DNA of 64,000 nt, taken from assembly GCA_965178125.1 (NCBI GenBank), contig OZ237761.1, positions 744,001 through 808,000 on the forward strand, given 5' to 3'. The notes under the pieces were generated by a model. That model did no database searches. It saw nothing but the letters and a program-made list of their open reading frames with translations, and was not told the DNA's origin. Positions within the stretch are counted from its first letter, which is position 1, and every line of letters begins with the position of its first letter. The translations under genes were made by a program, and so were the position numbers. Shown here piece by piece: positions 60,972 through 64,000 of the stretch. This DNA comes from Bilabrum cf. latius. Lineage: Eukaryota.

Positions 60972-62068
60972 TCAGATCTCATCGATGTCAATGTCGTCGA
61001 TTGCATCTCCCTCTGCCTCAAGCATCTCATCTACAGACCTCACTTCCTCCCTGGATCCCGACAGCGCCTCGCGGATCCCCGCCCTGTCCACCTCGGCGAC
61101 GGAGGAGCGGCTCGTGCTGCGGGCCACGCGTGTGCGGAGCGGGCTGTCTTCCACCGGCACCATCCGCAGGCGCCAAAACGTCATGGTCTGCTCCTCAATG
61201 AACTGGCTCTGCCCGATGGTCATCTGCACGTGAGCCGGAAACACGATGAGCTGGCCCTCGAGCGGCCGGAAGCTCAGCCGGTTGTCGTACGGGGGTGCCG
61301 GGCCGCGGGGGTCCGAGAGCACGATGCTGCCGCTCCCGAGGGGTGCGTTGGTAACATAAATTCCGTTCATTGCGCCTTTGTAATCTGTTGTTGGCATGTT
61401 CAGGCTGCTGTTCACGTGAATCTAGGCCCAAGCCTGAATTGCCCCGACTTGCTCTGTCACCTCTGGCTCGTACAGATCCAGCCCAACCTCTTGCAGCAGC
61501 TCGTGACAAGTAGCGTAAAAGAAAGATATCAGTCGACGGACGGGTGGCTTAGCCTGAGAACAGTAAAGGAGGTGTGTCACACAAGAGAGACTCTAGGCGT
61601 TCAGGTTGTCTGCCGCAGTCATTCGGTTTATGGTCGCGTATCAGGATAGTGAGGGGCATAGCTCACCACCAGAGTTTGGTTCTATAGCTACCACGATGCA
61701 AAAGCCTACTCAAATGCGTACTGTGTTGTCGCCATCTGCTTCAGCTGTTCCGTGGCCTCATCCTCGTCCTCCAGGTAGTCTTGCATCAGCGAAGATGCCA
61801 GTCGCCTCAATCTCTGCGGTATGCAATGCCAAATGTCCGCAACACAGCTCGTGATAAGTAGTACCTTCAGCTTTGCGATACAGTCGCTAGTATAGCTCAC
61901 TCTTGCGGTTGTCTTTGGGAGGGCCTGCGTCCGATTCGCGATGCCAACCACGTTGCCGAATGCGATAAACACGTCCGCATCCGTGCCCTTGATACCAAAG
62001 GCCTCTGGCGCAGCTAGAGCAGAATAAACAAGTACCACAGCACAAGTCAACGCGCGCGCAACGGACAT
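60972..62068 (-). CDS. Secreted/ER 2OG-Fe(II) oxygenase-like protein (TIGR02466-type fold, degenerate), ~298 aa, introns 61814-61900 and 61554-61666
   Basis: Signal peptide MSVARALTCAVVLVYSALA; IQAWA*IHVNSS...MNGIYV...GSGSIVLSDPRG...FRPLEGQLIVFPAHV. Both introns GTGAG...CAG. TAG at 61706, 61688, 61682 and 61422. Ends IDEI-TGA. Confidence 0.7.
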
Positions 62069-62207
62069 GGTTGAAAAATTGGTCGAGGCGAGCACGTGTA
62101 AATCCGTGTAAATCGGAGCCGCGCTGTTCAAAAGCACACGTAACCACGACTGTTCGGGCATTTTGTCTGCAACTGCGCACATAGCTCGCCGTAGATAGAT
62201 TGCAGCC
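62069..62207. promoter_or_regulatory. Putative bidirectional promoter (2OG oxygenase-like / ACCS)
   Basis: 139 bp between divergent ATGs; contains a direct repeat of CGTGTAAATC. Confidence 0.5.
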
Positions 62208-63920
62208 ATGTCCAAGGTTTCAGATGCCTCAGCATCACTCTCATCGCGTGGGTCAAAGGCAATGAAACCGGCCCTCTCCTATTTTAAGTAGTTCTTGGAG
62301 GCAACCATGGCCGGTCTTCACTCTGGCGACTCGGATGCTGCCTCAAGCGATGGTTATGTGGTGCTTTCTGTAGCCGAAAATAAGATGAGTTTTAGCCCGC
62401 TTCGGGCGAAGCTGGAAGATCACGGTGCTGTCCCCGAATCGGCAGCTCAATACACCAACATGCGGGGTGTGGATCGCTTCCGCGACGCAGTAGCTGCAAC
62501 CATGGAGCGCACATGCTTGAAAGGGGCTACAGTAGACCCAAATTGCCTGTGTGTGCAGGCTGGTTGCGGTGCCCTCGTGAGCACGTTGATCACTTTGCTT
62601 GCAGAGGATGGAGACGCGGTGATCACTCCGAGCCCCGCGTACCCTGCCTTCGATAACGACGTCTCAGTGCTGGCGGGGGCGCACCTCGAGCACGCCCCCA
62701 TGGTGGTGCCAGGGGTATGGACTCCCAGCCCCTCGTCCTCCCCCGCGGAGCAGTCCGAGGGCAACCCGGCCGGGGACTCTGTCAGTGACTGGAGCAGCCT
62801 GCTCTCCGTCTCGGCGCTGGAGGCAGCGGCCAGGAGGGCGGAGGGCGCGGGGCACAGGCCCAGGGTGCTTCTGCTAGCGCATCCAAACAACCCCATGGGG
62901 CTGATCACACCCCCCGAGCAGGTGCTCGCGGCCATTCGGTGGGCCAGGGGCAGGGCCATGCACGTCATTAGCGACGAGATATACGCCAACTCGGTCCACA
63001 CCCCGGGGATAGCTGGAGTGGGTGCTAGTGGAGACACAGGTGATAAAAAGGGTGCAGGGGCAGGGGCCGCCGCTGGACCCAAGAGCGGCGCTCCCGTGCC
63101 CGTGGGTGCAGCCTCCTTCACGTCAGCGCTGCAGATGCTGCACGACGAGGCCGAGGCCGGGGCTGCTGGTGCTGCGGGTAGTGAGGAGGGGGAGGCGGCA
63201 AGCGGGGCGCTGGGCCCCCTTGGTCTGGACGTGCACGTGCTGTGGGGTTTCAGCAAGGATTTCGCGCTGTCAGGGTACAGGGTGGGCGCCCTGCTGACGC
63301 ACAACCCCGCGCTGCTGCAGGCCCTGGACAACGTGTCCTACTTTGCTGCGGTCTCGAACGATACGCAGCACCGGCTGGCTGCTTGTCTGGAGGACCCTGC
63401 CTTCACTGATGGGTACTTGGATGGGTGTAGGCGAGACGTCCGCGGGAACTGCGAGGCGCTGTCTACCGAGCTGCAGGCCGCAGGGATCCCTTTCGTGGCG
63501 CCTCGGGCGGGGCTGTTCGCTGTGGTCGACCTGAGGGCCCTACTGCCTCTGCCCGCGGCTGCAGGTGCAGCTGCGGGGGATGGGGGGGTGTAGGAGGAGA
63601 AGGAGGGGGGGCCTGCAGGCGGGTCCTCTGCCGATGGCAGTGCCAGTGGAACAGGCAGCAGCGGTAGCAGTGGGCTGCTGCCAGCTGCAGCCTACCGCGG
63701 GGAGCGCATGCTGCAGGACCGGGTGTTCTCCGACTGCAAGGTGGTGCTCACACCGGGAGAAGCCATGCATGCGCCTGTGCCCGGCCTGTTCCGGGCTTGC
63801 TTCGCCTGGATGCCGCCTGCGAGCATCCGGGCAGGTGTGCGTCGGCTGGGAGAGCTCAAGAAAGTGATCTAGGAAGAAAAGGCAGCCGGCACGTGGGTGG
63901 TGCCAGAAGCTGCTGATTGA
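62208..63920 (+). CDS. ACCS: ACC-synthase-like PLP-dependent aminotransferase class I/II, ~570 aa
   Basis: LSSRG...GYVVLSVAEN, PSPAYPAF, HPNNPMG, HVISDEIYA, PLP-lysine motif WGFSKDFALSGYRVG, and KVVLTPG...PGLFRACFA located after TAG 63591. TAG at 62289, 63591 and 63870. Ends TGA. Confidence 0.88.
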
Positions 63921-64000
63921 CCGGTCGGACCAGTAGGTATGGTGATTTGTTACGAGCAGACAAGCTTCCTGCTATTTTGGCTGATTTTTCTGACGGCCTG

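Noticed and set aside
690-63867. Hundreds of overlapping or antisense ORFs in the track (e.g. 30502-31824 -, 34365-36371 -, 55811-57382 -)
   Set aside because: They are shadows of GC-rich coding sequence on the opposite strand or frame and show no recognisable motifs.
1-64000. Mass pseudogenisation or sequencing error as the cause of internal stops
   Set aside because: The internal stops are exclusively TAG, frames and catalytic motifs are intact, and only one frameshift (in a homopolymer) was seen.
1-64000. TAGs as splice acceptors of unannotated introns
   Set aside because: Conserved residues lie directly on both sides of several TAGs (IQ motif, GH28, ECI2, TPT1, PH domain) with no room for an intron, and frame is always preserved.
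1-64000. Pyrrolysine, selenocysteine or programmed readthrough
   Set aside because: TAG is widespread, up to 15 per gene, in Gln-like positions with no shared downstream context. No pyl genes were seen and TGA is never internal.
1-64000. TAG = Leu, Glu or Tyr
   Set aside because: The most informative positions (IQ motif, AIQxAID, UFD1, Gln repeats) point to Gln. A few Glu-rich contexts such as 51558 are uninformative. Not formally excluded without alignment statistics.
1-64000. Prokaryotic or recoded-phage origin
   Set aside because: Spliceosomal introns and eukaryote-specific genes (UFD1, nucleolin, TCF25, WDR62, C2CD5) are present.

Overview
Gene-dense, GC-rich eukaryotic nuclear DNA with short GT-AG introns near gene 5' ends, intergenic gaps of about 0.1-0.5 kb and long low-complexity insertions. 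The style suggests a heterotrophic protist, possibly a stramenopile, but that is inference only. The ORF track is fragmented because the genome appears to use a non-standard code in which TAG is a sense codon, most likely Gln, while TGA and TAA remain stops. Read that way, the window resolves into 18 genes: an ARM-like gene (partial), UFD1, a secreted repeat protein, GEX1/KAR5, TCF25/Rqc1, an orphan, MET2, a PH-domain inositol 5-phosphatase, LBP/BPI, nucleolin, WDR62/MAPKBP1, a hydrolase-IQ-SAM-ankyrin protein, TPT1, ECI2, C2CD5, a GH28, a degenerate 2OG oxygenase and an ACC-synthase-like enzyme. By manual count 16 of the 18 genes carry about 77 in-frame TAGs, with no internal in-frame TAA or TGA seen. 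All 17 complete genes end in TGA (14) or TAA (3). TAG occupies the Q of an IQ motif and the Q of the GH28 AIQxAID motif. No tRNA, rRNA, CRISPR array or mobile element was recognised. Family assignments come from motif recognition by eye, not from database searches.
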